A stretch of DNA of 64,000 nt. Source: Eledone cirrhosa (taxonomy: Eukaryota). This document shows, piece by piece, positions 62,160 to 64,000 of this stretch. The stretch spans positions 18,290,001 through 18,354,000 of the forward strand of contig OZ024747.1 in NCBI GenBank assembly GCA_964016885.1, read 5' to 3'. Position 1 is the first letter of the stretch, and each line of letters opens with the position of its first letter. A model generated the notes under the pieces. It searched no databases. It worked only from the letters and a program-made list of their open reading frames with translations, and was not told the DNA's origin. The translations under genes were made by a program, and so were the position numbers.

Positions 62160-62505
62160 GAGCGTGCTTCGATGGATGTGCAATGTTAATGTGTGTGAAC
62201 GACGAAGCATGGATGAACTGAGAGAAAAACTGTATAAGAGGAATTAAATGTAGTGTGTAAGAGAGATGGTATGACCATATGATGCGTATGGATGAAGAAG
62301 TGTCAAGAAATCATAATCGAAAGAACCCGCGGTAGAATAAGACCAAGAAATGCCTGGGCGAAGGTGGTGAGAGCTGAGCTCAAATCGCCGAAGTTTGCAG
62401 AGATGACGAAGGACTGCGACTAATGGTGGGATGCTGTGCTGGATAAGTCCTGTCCAACCCATGCAAGCGTGGAAAAGCTAACTTAAAATGGTGGTGATGA
62501 TGATG
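62160..62505 (+). mobile_element. Degenerate RTE 3' fragment
   Basis: ASVLRWMCNVNVCERRSMDELREKL, (GAT)n tail. Confidence 0.7.
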
Positions 62506-64000
62506 TTTAAAATTAATGTTGTGTTATATAAAATATATTAGTTTCCTTTTATTTTAGGTAAATTATTACTATTACACCCATCTCTGAGACGGGTGTAATA
62601 GTAAAAAATGTTTTGTTTTAAGAATTTCGTTAGAATTTTGAAGGTGAAATCTTTATTTTTCCTATGAATTTTTATGTTTTGTACGTACGTATATGGCCTT
62701 CAAAACCGTCGTAAATTATTCTCTTTTTGTGCTTACCCAACCAAAGAACTTCATAACACCGGTTTCCAAGATGGATGTAAGAATTAAAATTTTCCTTATT
62801 CTACTTAGTATCAACACATTAGTTTCATTTTATTTTGTTTAATTCCGATATTCACGTTCAGCGCAATACATGATCTAACACTTTCTTAAGTTTGTTTGTG
62901 TGTTTATGTGTGCGTGCGCGCGCATTTGTTGCATTTTCATTTGTTAGCTCCATTTTAGCTCTTTAAACTAGTTTTCCTCCAATTCCTTGAGTTGTTTTTT
63001 TTTTTATAAATGATATTCTTAATGTATGTAGTAGTATGTTGTAGTTCACATTTAAAAAAATATTTGAATCTCAGCTAAGTTTTCAAGTTTATTTTTTTTT
63101 TTGGTATTTGACAACCACACACGGTAATGGTTTCAAATTTAAGTACAGGACTAATAATTTGAGGGGAAAGGAAAGTCGATTAAATAAACCCTAGTACTTG
63201 ACTGGTACTTTATTTTATCAGCCCCGGAAGGGTGATCTGGATGGGATTTGAATTTAGAACTAAATACCACAAAGCATTTTATACTGCCAATCCACCGCCC
63301 CAGAACAACGTACCATAATTAAAGTAAATTCAATAAGAATTCTTTTTATCTAATTCTATATAAGTTTAACCAGTTGCTAATTTATGATAAAAACGTAAAA
63401 AAAAACAAAAAAAACATACGTCTTAAGTAAAGTAAATTCTCGTAAGGCTGCCATATCGTACTTGAAATCATGATCGTGCAACATATAGTTCAAAGCGTTT
63501 ATTTTAAATGTTGCTCAACAGCAATGAAATAATTGCTTATTCTCTAGTTTTTCAACTCCACCAGCTGCAACTCTCTCTCATATGATAAACGATATTCTCC
63601 TTATAATATCTAACAATATATTATTGTATAGAATGTCCTATTATTTTGTTAGAAATTTTTTTTATCACCGTGTTGGCCCGTGTATAATTTATCAAACGTA
63701 AATTCGAGTTATGTCCCCTTTCATTCAATGATTTGTTGCCATCATTGATATTATAAACCCTAGATTAAAATAATTGTTTCTACTTTTTGGCACAAGGCCA
63801 GCAATTATCGCAGTGTTTTACTGGTACTTTATTTTATCGACCCCGTAAGGATGAAAGGCAAAGTTAACCTCGGCTGGATTTGAACTCAGATTAAAATAAT
63901 TGTTTCTACTTTTGGCACAAGGCATTACTGGTACTTTATTTTATCTACCCCGTAAGGCAAAGTTAACTTCGGTGGGATTTGAACTCAGAATGGCAAGGGC

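Noticed and set aside
62566-62604. Short palindrome TTACTATTACACCC..GGGTGTAATAGTAA
   Set aside because: Real but short and single; likely a collapsed transposon end, with no further support.

Overview
This is AT-rich, microsatellite-rich eukaryotic genomic DNA. The SINE and LINE families suggest an octopod cephalopod (inference from memory of those repeat families, not a database result). The main content is one + strand integrin alpha-subunit gene without an I domain. I rebuilt 19 coding exons by hand (7466-47522); all have AG/GT borders and matching phases. They give about 884 codons: seven-bladed FG-GAP propeller, thigh/calf domains, a Cys-rich TM helix, GFFKR and a tail ending DDKLL. The signal-peptide exon was not found and probably lies upstream of the window. 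Introns and the 3' flank are filled with transposons: two RTE LINE subfamilies whose ORF carries a PHD finger inside the RT C-terminal region, CRE-, R4/Dong-, CR1- and Tx1-like LINE remnants, tRNA-type SINEs, a TTAA piggyBac-type MITE (8 copies), a Tc1/mariner remnant, and a hAT/Buster element with an 8-bp TSD and a nested Helitron. Several Penelope-type hammerhead ribozyme motifs are present, along with multiple inverted repeats close to exons. I found no convincing wholly new system. The best leads are the PHD-bearing RTE, the intronic hammerheads, the exon-flanking dsRNA structures and the unusual integrin TM/tail. Most listed ORFs are low-complexity or antisense artefacts.
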